DNA of 60,074 nt, filler included, from Basidioascus undulatus (lineage: Eukaryota): the NCBI GenBank assembly GCA_000826855.1. It is 6 parts of 6 records of this genome, joined end to end, with 100 filler letters (N's around TTAATTAATTAA, not from the genome) between each part and the next. Parts side by side here need not be neighbours in the genome. Positions count along the whole stretch, not along the records: positions 1 to 27,035 come from JTLS01000172.1; 5 more parts are not named here. One strand, 5' to 3'. This document shows positions 1 through 12,805 of this stretch, one piece after another. How positions within the stretch are numbered: position 1 is the stretch's first letter; each line of letters opens with the position of its first letter. The position numbers were made by a program, and so were the translations under genes. The notes below the pieces were generated by a model. That model was not told the DNA's origin, did not search any database, and saw nothing but the letters and a program-made list of their open reading frames with translations.

Positions 1-1169
1 GGTGAGTAGGTCGAGTCGGGGGAGGAGGAAGAGAACGGGGGTTGATGGTGTTCGGAAGGAAGAGAATAGGAGGCTAAAGGTGAGTGTGGGTTGCGGGAAA
101 CAGTGTACAGCGTCGTCCTTGATGTGAGGCGCAATCGGTGCGCCTCGGGAAGCATGGACGGCTGCGTCAAGATCTGGAGTTTGGATAGGGGGGAGCTGTT
201 ACACTCGCTGGACGGTGCGCCTTCTTCCGTTCTTCTTTGCCCACCTCTCCTTCCTCACACTTTTCGTCCGTGAACGCATTCCGTTGAATTGGGGTTGGGG
301 TGGGGTGCGCAAACAGGCCACTCAAGCCTCGTCGGCCTGCTGTGCATGAGCCCCAACTACCTCGTCAGCGCCGCGGCGGACGCGACGCTCCGGATCTGGG
401 ACCCTGTTGCGGGCGAGTGCAAGCACTTGCTGGAGGGGCATCAGGGCGGTACGTCCCTTTCACTGCTCCGGCTCATCGCTCTCGGTTGACTGGGCGCTAC
501 GGGATTGTTCGCAGCGATTACCTGCGTGTTCGTCCTTCCTCAAACAAATGCCTTTCAATGAAAGTGTACGGATGCTGATGTGTAGGAGGGTGATGAATGC
601 AGTGCGCACGATGAAGAGAAGATCGTCTCGGGCTCGGACGGGACGCTCAAGCTCTGGTCGGTCCGCGAGGGCGCGCTCGTCCGCGACCTCCTCACGGGTA
701 TTCAGTCCGTCTGGCAGGTCGCCTTCTCCGATCGGTACCTCGTCGCGGCGTCGTCCAAGCTCGGCGGGAACACGGTCATTAACGGTTCGTCGCTGGTTTC
801 TTCCCTACTTTAGTCCAGTCGCTCCGGTCGGAAACTGATTCCGCATGATGGAACGGAACAGTCTTCGACTACGGCGCGACCGGCTCAGACGAGGACGACG
901 AGCTCGAGGAGGTCCGACAAGACTGGGAGCCAAAGTGGTGGCAATCCTCCGAGCCCGCCGGCTCATCCTCCGCCGCGTCCTCCGCGCTCATCAGCGCCGC
1001 GTCGGGCAGCAGCAACCGCTTCGGCGTCGGCGGCAGCCGCATGCGGACCTTCCAACGCTTCGGGGACGAGCCGGCCGGTGGCGGCGGGTCGCTCGGCGTG
1101 TTTGATCAAGGGCAGGGGCAGGGCGCGGAGGGGATGGAGTGGAGTGGGGGCGCGGGGGAGGAGGGGTGA
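1..1169 (+). CDS. WD40-repeat protein, Cdc4/Fbw7-like F-box/WD family, 3' part (5' end outside window), spliced
   Basis: Exons join to ETVYSVVLD..CASGSMDGCVKIWSL..GHSSLVGLL..LVSAAADATLRIWDP..GHQGAITCVAHDEEKIVSGSDGTLKLWSVREG..LLTGIQSVWQVAF, then a low-complexity tail ending at TGA 1167-1169. The GH...WD repeats resemble Cdc4-like proteins. The F-box itself is not in the window. Confidence 0.8.
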
Positions 1170-1481
1170 GGGCTGTTTGGAGGAATAGAGCGATGGAGAT
1201 GGGGTGGTGGAGCTCTTTTAGGTGCTGCGCGTCGATTTTTGTGCGATGTTCGGTTTGTCCTTTTGCATGCACTGCACGTAATCCCGGGCCACACATGCTA
1301 CTTTATGAACCATGCATTGCGTCTGCTTCAGATCTAAGCTGGTTCAGATCTAAGTCGGGTCTTCTTCCACAGGCCGACAACGCCTTCGGCGCATGCGTGC
1401 GTGTGTGAAACGTCTATGGGTTACGGACGCGACACACTATACTGCAAGACACCCAAAGAAACACAGAAACCCCCATCCAGA

Positions 1482-3212
1482 CTAAACTAAATCTGGGTCC
1501 ACGTCGGGCTCGGACATTCTCCGGACGAGCGTGCCCTGGTTGTGCATGTCGCTGCGGGCGGTGGCGGACAGCCGCTCGGCGAGGGAGAGGTCGTCGCCTG
1601 CCTCGGAATGCGGGTTCGCGTCGGCCGAGGAGAAGGCGGTGGCGTGCGGGAGGTATACATGCTGCATGAAGGGTTTGGAAGTTGGTCAGCTACAAACTTG
1701 GGAGGTGAGTTGAAAGGCAACGTAGTTGGCTTACCTCGAAAGTCGGGGTTACGCCGGGAGAGCCACCCAGGTCGTCCTGCATGTATGTGTGCGTCGTGAC
1801 TTTGATCTGGTCATCGCGGTCGCAGTCTTTCATGACGAACGATTCGGGCGCCTGTTCCACAGTGCCGAAGCGCGTGAGTCGCCGGGCAATGAAAATGGAA
1901 GGAGAATCGATGCTTACCATGCGACGTGCGCGCGACCGGCTCCCAGTCGGGCCGCGCTGCGAGCGGCTCGAGGAGCTTTCTCCGCTCATCATTCCCCGGA
2001 ATGTGTTGCGCGAGAGGAGATTCTGGAGGAGCACGCTTGCGTAGAGGGGGGTGGAGACCTCGACGGCAACGATGACTGTTGGAAGGACAGGTTCAGCGAT
2101 GAGCTGTGTGGCGGAGGTTTAGCGCGGCGAAGGGAACGGACAGCCTGAGTTTCCGGGCACAGGAAACTATATAGAGGGACGACGTAAGTAAGCGCCCTGA
2201 CAGGAATGGGGAACGGAAAACGGACTGGTATGTGATGGGTTGGTAGAGTGCGACCGCAACCAGCGCAACAGCACCCTCCATCGTGACTTTAATAATGGAG
2301 TTGTTGGCATCGGCAGCTGTCGTATGCGATTGATTAGTACGCAAGGCACCCTCTGATATGTTATCACAAGCGCTGGGAAACCTGCACCTATCCACGGTAG
2401 CGGCCAGCCACAGCTGAAAAGCCCATCCAGCCTAATTGCCATGGCCGACTCAGCTTCGTCGAGCCCAGCGTTGAAGCCGTGGCGAGCGCACCTTGTTAAG
2501 TTGTTCATGGCCAACGGTACCGCTGCGATCGCCCCCCTGCAAGCGCAGCGCAAATGATGGTAACGAACGTCAACCCCCACACCATATTGCGTTCCAAGAC
2601 CTGAAAACTCCAACATCCACTCAGATTTAGCTATGCAAGATAGACTGGAGGGACTTGCACGCCAGCACCTGTAACCGAGGGTGAGCTGGACGATCGGCGA
2701 GATCACGGCGGTGAAAACCGTCAGAGCGGGAACTGTCCATGCGCTCCTGGACCAGGCGGGAAGGCTAATCTATCGACGAAGGTAAAGGTTCGGACCGTGG
2801 AACTGCATATGCGGGATAACATTGGTGATTGCCTGGTGTAGTGGTGTGCAGAGAATGTGTAATCGCACTGACTATGCCGAATTGGACGCTGCATTTGAAG
2901 AAGGTGGTAAGTCTGGCTTCGTCGAGCTCGGGCTGGCAGCTAGCAGCAGCTCACTCACGCGGACAAGCACCACACAACTCCCACTACGATGCTATATCGA
3001 CTCTCGTGCGACGATGTTCGATAGAAGCGGGTCGTCATGGTGCACTGGATTCCGAACATCCACGACCCGAGCATGCAGCCTACGAAGCATGTCGTGAATG
3101 ACGCCTTAAAGACGGGGATGTCGCCGGTGAAGCTGGAGGTGTCGAACGAGGACGGGTCGAAGGAGGAAGAGGTGGACGTTAGGAAGGATCCAAAGCTCGT
3201 GACGGTCGCCAT
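1482..3212 (-). CDS. Multi-pass fungal membrane protein (DUF6534-like), spliced
   Basis: ATG at 3212 gives MATVTSFGS..CFVGCMLGSWMFGIQCTMTTRFYR..SIVVGVVWCL. Later exons read TVPALTVFTAVISPIVQLTLGYRCWR and NNSIIKVTMEGAVAL, followed by a hydrophilic tail ending ..EPDVDPDLV* at 1482. The hydrophobic pattern resembles basidiomycete DUF6534-type proteins; family assigned by eye. Confidence 0.55.
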
Positions 3213-5321
3213 GGTGAGCGATGCGAATGAGGTGATGGTAAGAAACAAACGAGTGAATGGAGTCCGTAGGTGGGAAGAAAATCGATCGACACTATCCACG
3301 AGCGACCAGGTGATATATTTTCCGATGGTTCCACAGGCCAAGACTGACCAACCTCAGCATGGCAATCTCTGACGGTGCGATGAGCAGAACCTCGGGCGAG
3401 ACCAGCCAGCAATTGAAAGTCTAAAAGTCTAAACGACATTCTGTGCACAGGCCGAGGGGCAAGAAGAACGGCTGAGAAGGCGAACCGTTGAACAGGCGAT
3501 CGTTGTACGGTTTCGTATGTAAGGCGAAGGCTAGTGCGGTACCCCGGGTTTCTATTGAAGTGACTATTGCCAATGATGTGGGATGGCCAGTGTGAATGTG
3601 GAGAATATCTTGGGCCAAGGCTCGACGTCTCCAGGTTGAGCGATCCAGCGACACACTGTTCAGGGTTCGCAGCGCCTGAGACAACTGTCGCAGCCTCGCG
3701 AGAAGACATGTCAACGTACTGTTGCTGACTACGACCCTCGCCTTTCTCTTTCCACACTGCCAGCCTGGCGCTCAAGTGGCTTGTACTTCATCTACACCAG
3801 AAGTAACATGTGCATGTCCCAAATGTTGGGCCGAGGATCGGGGCGCAGAATGCCCGGAAGACTGGAAGCGAGGACCGTTGCACTGTAATGCTCGATACGA
3901 GCCGTACAGTATGACCATGAATCTTTCCAATTTTTCCATTATGACTTTTAAATCAATGGGGTGATACGCGGGAAGTCGCATTGTCCGATCCCGGGCCCGC
4001 TACTTCTTGACATAAAACTTCTGCTGGCAATAGAACGCAGAGGAGGCGCAATGACTGCGGCTTCCCATAACGCCTACCCTTGTTGAAAACTAGTATTTCT
4101 CTGAAGCTCAGTAAGAGTTCGAGAAGGAAGCAAGGGCCTTGTAAAACTGAGCAGCGCACACGAACTTGGCGGGGTCCATAACTCCGAGCCAACGACGGCA
4201 CTGGCAGGCTCGCCTCCGAAGAAGTGAGCGAGGGGGAGTCGACCGGACGGGAGTGGCGGATGGTATTGATCATTAGGGGTGTTTGGTCCAGATCCCGAGA
4301 GGAGGTCAAGACTCGTGCGAAGGTGTGCGTGGTCCCTTCATGGAGGCGGGGGTATGCGGAAGAAGGGAGAGGAGCTGGGCTCGAGGAAGGAGAGGCGGGA
4401 CGACAAGCGGTCTGAATCGAGCAGACTGGAAATAACGCATGCTTCGGAAATATTTCAGTGATTTCTCTTTTCCGATCCGTCCGGTAGCCTTACCTCGGTA
4501 CTTTCTGGCACTGCTCACAGCTGTTTGACAGCGCAACCCGCAGGCCCCATGCTCCGCTCACGGCAGCTCCTTAGAAGACGAGAACGAGAACAACTGATGT
4601 TTACGAAGTTTATATTGAGGTGAAGTCTGAGACATTACTCTGTTGCTGCTCGGTCAGGATGATAGCGCTACGTTTCGTGACTGGGAAGCTGAAGCTGGAT
4701 GTCTGCGAGGCCTCGACAGCTGAGATACTTCTCACACCAGGCTTGCATTATTTCACCTTCACTATTTTCGGACACAATGTGGCTTCGTTAGGAGTGTTGC
4801 GGTTGTAATTGCCGTCGCTCAAGACTGTGCGCATTCGTGTGTGGCATCGGGGGCCATCGTTGACCATAGTGGGGCTTCCGAGTCTCAGAAAGCCCCAGCA
4901 GGTATCCGCGCAAACTGCCTCAAAATCGTCAGCGGCTACGAACTGTGAAAATTTTCCACGAAACCGGCAAGGATCGACATTCAAGAGTTCACTTGCAAGA
5001 AAAGGACCGGCCCGATGGAGCCGATAGCCGGCCGCAACCGGCCGGACAAGGCAAGACAAGTTTCCCTTGCGTAACCATCCTTCCTCCTTTCCAGTCTTGC
5101 TTTCTTGCCCGCCGTAGACGTCACTCTTGTCTCTCTTATAGCACACTAACCGTGTATTGCTGTCCTTTTAAAGCACTCGCTTTACTGTTGAGCTTCATAG
5201 AGTCCATTCGCACGACCTGTGCGTTGAAGAGCTGGTTTCGCTCTCGGAAGCATCACTCATCGCGCTGACCGCAACCTCGAAGATCTATACCCCGATACCC
5301 ACCGGGCGATACCTTCCATCA

Positions 5322-7016
5322 ATGTCCGCCGCCCAGCCCATCTCCACCTCCAGCCCAGCGCCCCTCATCCCTGAGGAGTCCGTCGCACGCGCGCTGCACA
5401 CCGCTCCCGCGCCGGTAGCGCACTCGCGGGCGTACGAGGTCACGATGCGATTTGGTGTGTCTGGGTGTCGAAATGTTCATAAATGAAGGTCTCGGTGACT
5501 GAGGCTGTAGGAAATGGGGGATAGTCGGTGCTGGCGTGGGGTCGATGATGTCTTCTTTTGTGACGAACCCGGTGCGTACGGCGTAGTCCCCTCCGCTGTG
5601 CAGCCAAACTCATCGGGGATCTCGTTGCATTCAGGTGGACATGATCAAGTCAGCTGGACCCCCATACCCTCTTCACTGCCTCTTTCAGATCGCTTACCCG
5701 TGATCTGATCTTGCCCTGCCCTTGGCTGTGTGTAGAGTCCGGCAGCAACTAGAAGCGGATAAGGCAACGTCGCAGAACTTCGTCAAGCTTGCGCGGAATA
5801 TCTTACGCGATGAGGGTCCTTCAGGGCTGATGAAAGGTCTGTCTTGCCTCCGTGCTCTGCGCAGGTTCATTTCGCTGATTGGTCGTCCATCAGGCGTCAC
5901 GGCATCCCTCATGCGCGAAGCATCGTACTCGACTATCCGTATCGGGTCGTACGAGCTGTTCAAGGAGTACGCTGAGTACCTTTCTCTGCCTGGCCTCTCT
6001 CCTCAGTCTCACCTCTGTGCTGTCCTGCTGCACCAGAAACCTCCATGCGCAGTTCCCTTCCGCCCTTCCTTCAACCTCGCTATCGCTCAAGGTCGCTGCC
6101 TCGATGCTCTCCGGAGGAATCGGGAACCTCATCTCTAACCCCGTTCGTTTTCTCGATTCCTCTTGATCCCAAACCACCACCCGCATTCAATTTCCTCCCT
6201 ATACCCTCTACAGATTGACCTCGTCAAGGTCCGCATGCAAAAATCGTACCTCCCATCATCCTTTTCCTTCTCCCCCCTTACCTGGCTCACCCTTCCAACG
6301 TAGATACCCGAACGGGGCGCGCCCGTTCCCTAATGCCTTTGCCGGCCTCGCGGCCGTCTACCGTGAAGGCGGCGGGACGTTCTCCGGGGGCATTCGGAGT
6401 TTGTGGAAGGGCACGGGCGCGACCGTCACGCGCGCGGCGATCTTGACGAGCTCGCAGATTGCGAGCTATGATCACTTCAGTGCGTACCGGCAATGAAGTT
6501 TGCGAAGATTGCATCGATAGGTTGATGGTGTTGGTCTGCGCCCGGGCGTGCAATAGAGCATTGGTTGTTGGAGAAGGGATACGCACAGGAAGGCGTGGGC
6601 TTGCACTTATCTGCGTCGCTCTTCGCAGGTGCGTCCATGCCTTCCTCGTCATCTATGCATGCACGGTCAACTGAATGTGTCCCTGTACGTACTCAGGGCT
6701 TTTTTGCTCTCTGACTTCCAACCCAGTGCGTCCTTCTCCCGCTTCGGTCATGATGTCCTATCACCGCGTGTTCCACCCGATCTCTTACCATACCGACTCT
6801 TCGCAGTTCGACGTCATCAAAGTTCGCCTTATGTCCGACAAGACGCGCGAGTTCAGCGGGATGGCGGACTGTGCGGCCAAGCTTCTGCGGAACGAAGGCC
6901 CGCTGGCGCTGTACAAGGGGTTCACGTTGTGCTGGGCCCGGCTGGGCACGCACAGCACGCTCGCGCTCATGGTGTTCGAGCAGGTCCGTAGAGCCGCGGG
7001 GATTAAACCGATGTGA
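5322..7016 (+). CDS. Mitochondrial carrier (SLC25), dicarboxylate/oxoglutarate/UCP-like branch, many introns
   Basis: Three carrier signature repeats: P-VDMIK-VRQQ, P-IDLVK-VRMQ and FDVIK-VRLM. Also EGPSGLMKG..ASLMREASYSTIRIGSYE and EGPLALYKGFTLCWARLGTHS. Stop TGA ends at 7016. Confidence 0.9.
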
Positions 7017-7308
7017 GGTGGGCGTCGGGCGAAGGACGATGGTGGAAGGGACACAGGACGTTGTTGGTGGCTTTTTCTCGGAGATCGGCTTGCGGCGGGA
7101 CTGCCACGGATTCGGATCTGGCGGACTATTATTACCAGATGATGTATGCAACCGACTTCATGATTGCTGCCAAAGATCTTGCCAAGCAAATACCACTGAT
7201 GGAGGGATGGAACTCGCGCAGCCACGGCTAGCGATCTTTCCCATTAATCCATTAATGCATTACATCATACTGTTTCCCATGATACTACATATGCGAGGCA
7301 ATATTCGA

Positions 7309-8937
7309 TTATTGCGCGTTCTGGTAGTCGCGGTACGCAGCCATCATCATGAGTGCCAATGCCCTGGAACCCGAACACTGTCAGCCACTTCTCATCATGA
7401 CAGCATGCCACGACCGCGGGAAGCTACATACTCGCTTTCGGGGCTGCTCGTACCCTCTGCGCTCCAGTCGAGAGCGTTGACGACGGGTGCGACTTTGCCG
7501 AGCGCGTTGACCGCGTCGAGGACGGCGTTCCGGGACTTGTCGGCAGCCGCCAACAGACCCTGGGCATCGGAAGGAGAGAGCACTGGGTAGAAACATCGTC
7601 ATGAGAAAAATACTTGGGGAGCTAGATAAAGTGGAGCTGACCAGCAAGGCGATACACCGATGCAGTCAAAGCTGCGGTGCCGGCAGCCTCGGGGAAGGAG
7701 GACGCGTTGTCGAGGTAGTTCGGGAGAAGGCCGCCGGCGGTCTACAGAGAAATCACCAAACCGATCAGCCTCATGGTATGTCAGCACTGAAAATTGAAGT
7801 GTTTCCTCACCTGGGCCTTGAAGGCCTGCTCCAGCACTTCCTTAACGAACGCGATGAGCTGGCCCTGCTCGTTGTCCAAGCCCTGCACGCCGCTGTAACG
7901 AATGCTAGCGAGCACGCGGAGAGCGCCGAGCGTGATCCAGCCGTTCCCCGTCGACCATGCGCCGCGGTCGTCCCAGCCATGGGCACTGAGAATGTGGCCC
8001 CACAGCCCGGAAGAGAGGCGGAGTTTGGAACGGTAGACCGAAATTTGGTTGAAAGCATTGTGGAGTAGATCGGCGGAAGACGTGAGAGCGCCGACGTAGG
8101 CCAGTGCGGGAGGCGTCATGAAGACGCTGTCGGCCTGTGAGCAGGAAAATTAGAATGACCGCCTTCATTCAAGTAAAAAATGTGAGTCCTTACCCAGTAA
8201 GCGATCTGCTCAGTGCGGTGCGAGATCGCGCCCTGCGGGTCCTTAGGCGCAGTGTTGAGAAGATAGGCAAGCTGCCTGTCGCTCGCGGACTGCAGGAACT
8301 GACGTCCGGACTCGTCAGGCCAGATTCGAGCACCAAGGGCCACAATAGGCTCTACAAGCGTTGCAGCCCGAGCGTCAGAAAACCGAGCACACCGGCCGAG
8401 GCCTAGGATACGCACCCATGCTAGCAGGATCAGCAGCCGAGCCATCGACTGGACCTCCAAGGCGAACGCCTAAGCGACCATCCTGTGAGGCCCCCAAGGT
8501 CAGTTTGCATCCAAAGGCTGTCTGGGGTCGAACCCACATCGTTTTGGCGCACGGCAGCGTCAGAGGCGATCTGCAACGCCTGTAGAGGGAGGTTCTGGCC
8601 GGCGAAACTCCAGTCGCCGTCGTTGGTCCCAGACACAGCTGCCGCTGTAGAGCCGACGACCTCAAAGTGGTTAGAGGTGAATACGGAAAACGTCGGGTAG
8701 TCAATCTCTAGCAAAGCCTGAGCAGCAGCCCCTTGCTCCCAGCTGTTACTACAGGTCAGCCGAGCTCGATGTCCTCGAATGGCCGCAAGGGGCTTACCTT
8801 GCTCGCTGTGACCCCAGCAGTGCACCGCGCAGCCGATCGACTTTCGTCTGGTCAGCGCCTGCCTGGCGAGATGCCAGGAGCGGGGAGGCGGAAGACAGGA
8901 CAGGGAGCGCTGCCAGAGCGATGAGCGAGGCACGCAT
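7309..8937 (-). CDS. Secreted six-hairpin glycoside hydrolase, GH88/GH105-like
   Basis: Signal-like start MRASLIALAALPVLSSA. Motifs SWEQGAAAQALLE, DGSAADPASMG, GAISHR..YWADSVFMTPPALAY, SGLWGHI, WSTGNGW and final SPESEALALMM..QNAQ* match fungal GH105/GH88-like proteins. Confidence 0.8.
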
Positions 8938-10435
8938 TGTGGGCTGAAGGAGCAGGTCCAAGGCGATTGAGGAAAAGGGGAAGACGGGGGACAGTGCGAC
9001 CAGCGCGGGTAGAAAAGCCTCGAGCGGAGGGGGTGTAGCTCAATGCAGGAGTAAGACTGCTCGTAGCAGCAGTAACGAAAGCGGCCAGCGCAAGCGCTAA
9101 GGGGAAGTGCGACGCAGGAGATCGAACGTCGAGTTCGGGAGTCAGCTTTCTGCAGGCCGCTTGCAGCAGTTATAACGTGCTGTGGTGTACGAAGGGCCAA
9201 GGTCCCTGCACGGAGGTGCTCGCCTGGTAGATGCACAAAGCAACTGGCGCGAGACCATCTTTTTGACTCAACGTCTAGCGCGCTTGGCGATTGCTCGTGG
9301 AGTTAATGGAGGTCTCCTCGCAGATCCGTGAAGTTCTCTGTAAATAATGAAAGAAATGGCTGCCATGGGAGGATATTTAGAAACCTTGAGGCCATTTCTT
9401 GTGATTCAGACGGATCAGACCTCCTCGGGCGCGCCGAAGCCGTTGAAGGTTGCCTCCACGAAGTTGGCTGAGAGCCCATACCGCGCAGCAGCGTCGACGT
9501 CTTCTCCGTACTACCGTCGCTCGCTAATTTCTACACCAACTGCATGCCAGCCTCCGACCTCCTCTAGCATGGCTGAGACTTATCTTGCTGGATAGCCGCC
9601 CCATCCTCTGACCGAGTCGCCGGAGTCGGTCGACGAAGAGGCGATCGTTCAGCTTGTTGCTGTCAGTAGAAAGCTTCCCGCTAGGAAAGTTGTTGTGGGG
9701 GTAAGTTGTTGTGGCCGCTTGCGGTTATGTGAGGTCGCGGCCTTGCGCCGGACCTTGGTATCGTATGCTGGATAATCGAAATGTCACAATTACAGGCCTG
9801 CATGACGCTACGGTGGGGCTTGCATGTCGAGGCGGCGTCAACTTCGGCACCCTTCAACGCGAGAACCGGTGCGCCGAGTCTGAGAGAGAATGGTCCACGG
9901 CAGGAAGTGCGAAAGACACCTGGCTGACGTATTCCCGCACAGCCCTGCGCCCCATACTTCGCACAGCATTAGTAGTTCAACCACACTTCCACCTCTGCGA
10001 GTGTCGGCAATGCGCCTTGACGTCGGAAAAGTACAAAGAGTAGAAAGAGGGGGAGGTAATCGGACGAAGAGAAGAACAAGGCGGAGGGGTGGAACGAGGG
10101 GGCCGGTCCGTGGAGGGAGGGGGAGGCGAGCGGATAGAAGTGGTGCGCGACGTGCGCCGAATCAGGAAAATACCACGGCCTGCGCATTTGCGGCTTGACC
10201 TCGAATCGATCGATAGGCGTGTGAAGTGAAGCGACAGATCGAAGATGAAGACGTGGACGGATGAGCATCCACGCGTGCGAGCGAAGCGACAGTCCAAGGA
10301 CCGAGAATGGGAAAGTCAGCATTGGCCCATGCACTGACAGCGCAGCCGATTTAATCGGGCGCGCTCGGGCCGTAAGAAAAACTCCGCAAGTTAAGCAGTA
10401 AATGTGGGAAGGCAAGCCGACCCAAACCCTCCGCC

Positions 10436-11777
10436 TCAATTCTCCTGTACAAGCGCGACTATCACGGTCACGCTAAGATCCCAGCGCACGGTCAGCGCTG
10501 GGTCTCTAGGGGGAGAATATAGGTGCAAAAACACGCACTCGTCCACCTTCCCGCCCCGATACAACAGCTTCTCCTTCTTCGCCGCAATCTGGAACGGCGA
10601 GACCTTGTCCTCCCGGGCCATGCACATGCGCGCGTAGCCCACGAGCACGTCCGCAACTGTCCGTACTTGCGAAGATTCGGGCTGGGACGACGTCTCCTTC
10701 ATGGCGAGGCGGATAAGCCTGCAAATGGGGATCAGCTCAGAAAATAAGACGTGCGAGGACGCGCGAGAATGTACTCGAGTAGCTCGCCCTCGTGAACATT
10801 GTCGCCAAACCCGTCCGTCTGTTCAACCACGTCAGCTGGACGAGGCTGAGCGAGTAGCGAAAGACTACGTACGAACACGACAAGCACGTCCCCGTCCCGC
10901 AGCCTCTCCTTATACCGGTCCGCGTGCCGCGGCAGATCAGTGATCGCGCCCTGGCTTTCTTCCATTGGACCAAGCTTGGCCAGCTGCCGCGGACAGTTGA
11001 AGAAGTGCGTCTGGCTCGGCGCGGAGAGGACGATCTTGCCAGAGCGTATCAGCGCGAAGGACGAGTCGCCGAGGTTCGAAGCCGCGAGGTCGCCCGTCTT
11101 TGCGTCTAGGGTCAAGATACAAGCTGTGCTCGAGCCTGATGTGCACCTGCGATGAGCATGGGGCTGGGAAAATGAACATGGAGGAGGAGGTAGGCGGACC
11201 TGCCTTGACGTGTCTATCCCGCAGCACGCCATCATACCCTTCCTCCAGCAGTAGTTGGGGCGAGCCGGTCTCCTCGACTTCGGCTGTCGACGTGAGGGGG
11301 TCGAGATCCGGCTCTCCCGCCCATCGGCCCCGCGCAGCGGCAGCAGCTGAGTGCATGAGGGATTGCGAGAATAGGGAGGGGTCGATGTTGCTGTCTGCCC
11401 AACCGCCGACGCCGTCCGCCACGCCGAGCGCGACACCAGAAGCATCTTTCATCTGTACCACCCAGCATGAGCCTCCTCACGACACCGTCTGAGGGTGAAT
11501 GAATGGAGAAGCGCACCTGCTCCACGAGCCAAAAGTCCTCCCCTGCATCACCCAGCTTCTCCCGCCTCGCCAGCTGAGCATCTCGCCACTGCCGCACAGG
11601 GTGATCAACAGGAAAGTCGGTATCCGGTGTATTGGCCTTTCGGGGTGCCCGCGGTTTCCCGGCCCAGGACGCGGCGACGTGAAAGGTGAAAGGCCGAGCA
11701 GGGGACGGCGGGTAGGTGGAGAGCGCCCGGCGGAATAGCAACGGGAGAGGGAGGGGTATCGAGCGAAATGGTGGCAT
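10436..11777 (-). CDS. PTC7: PP2C-family protein phosphatase, Ptc7 homolog
   Basis: AGEDFW, GVADGVGGW, GSSTAC, SNLGDS, QTHFFNCPRQL, TDGFGDNV and GGKVD-D..TVIVALV motifs across exons; Arg/Ser-rich presequence-like N-terminus. Confidence 0.9.
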
Positions 11778-12805
11778 AGCGGGCTTGATGGGAATCTGGA
11801 CTCGGTAGGTGCACTCCGGGCGCGGCCGGGGCCGATAAGTTTGGAAGAGGTCGCGGTGGTGGTAAAGGAAGAGAGAAGACGAGTACTCCAGGAGCTGCAG
11901 CTGTGTCTGACGCCCGGATTCTCACGCCCGGCGACAGCTGTCAAGGCTGTGACGCGTAGCCACTTTTCTCAAGCGGCAAGCTGTGTACATTCCAGAGTTG
12001 ATGTACGACGTAATCAGCTGCCATGATGAAATTTTCACACCGAGTGTTTGCATCGCGCAACAAATGCACAGCAGCATGACAGTGAGAGTGACTCTTACCG
12101 ATTGCTCTCCAACCAACACAGCCTGTCGGTAGCCTCGAAATGCAGTCTTCGACCGTTCTTACCGTAATTTGTAGCGCAAGTATTGTACCTGTCAGACATA
12201 AAATACTGGAGATCATTTGGAGTCTCGAACTGGCAGCCTCCAGCTTCACGTCACAAGGGCTGATCAGTAGTGCGAAGCACGACGCCCTGCGCCTTCTCTT
12301 CCCCATCTGCTGCCCTTACTAATTGTATACAACATACGTAATCTTTCTTGCCGTCTGTGGTGCCGTTCTTTCGAATAACCCCTCTGTCCGGCAAGCGAAC
12401 TGAGCACGCCCTGCTTGACTTCGTTGTACTCATTCAAACGTGGGCGAGTGGAATGCTTTCACTCTTTGATTCCATGGCATGCCATGCACCTCACGGTACT
12501 GGTGGAAGAAGTGGACCAAGGACAGTTGAAATCAGCCAAGCGCATCTCAGGTCGCTATCAGCATGGAACTGAGTGGAACTGCTCGACGTTCGACCACTTG
12601 CGCACACCTGCTCGACTTCGCGCTAGACTGGCTCAGGGGTGGCACTGCTTTCAATCGGGCCCCGATCCTGCCCCGGGTCTTGCACTCCGCCGCTGACAAC
12701 CGCTGATCATTGCGATGTGTGAGGGCAGACAAGCGAAGTATCCATCATTAATCGACATGCCAGGTGCCATCCTCCCTTCCAACCATTACCGTCCCGTCCT
12801 CCTCA

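Noticed and set aside
3037..3372. 111-aa plus-strand ORF (MVHWIPNIHD...)
   Set aside because: Overlaps the first exon of the minus-strand membrane protein, which has the better family pattern.
3400..4500. Minus-strand coding-like fragments (YHPIDLKVIMEKLERFMVILYGS) as a possible transposase relic
   Set aside because: No catalytic motif, terminal repeats or target-site duplication could be identified.
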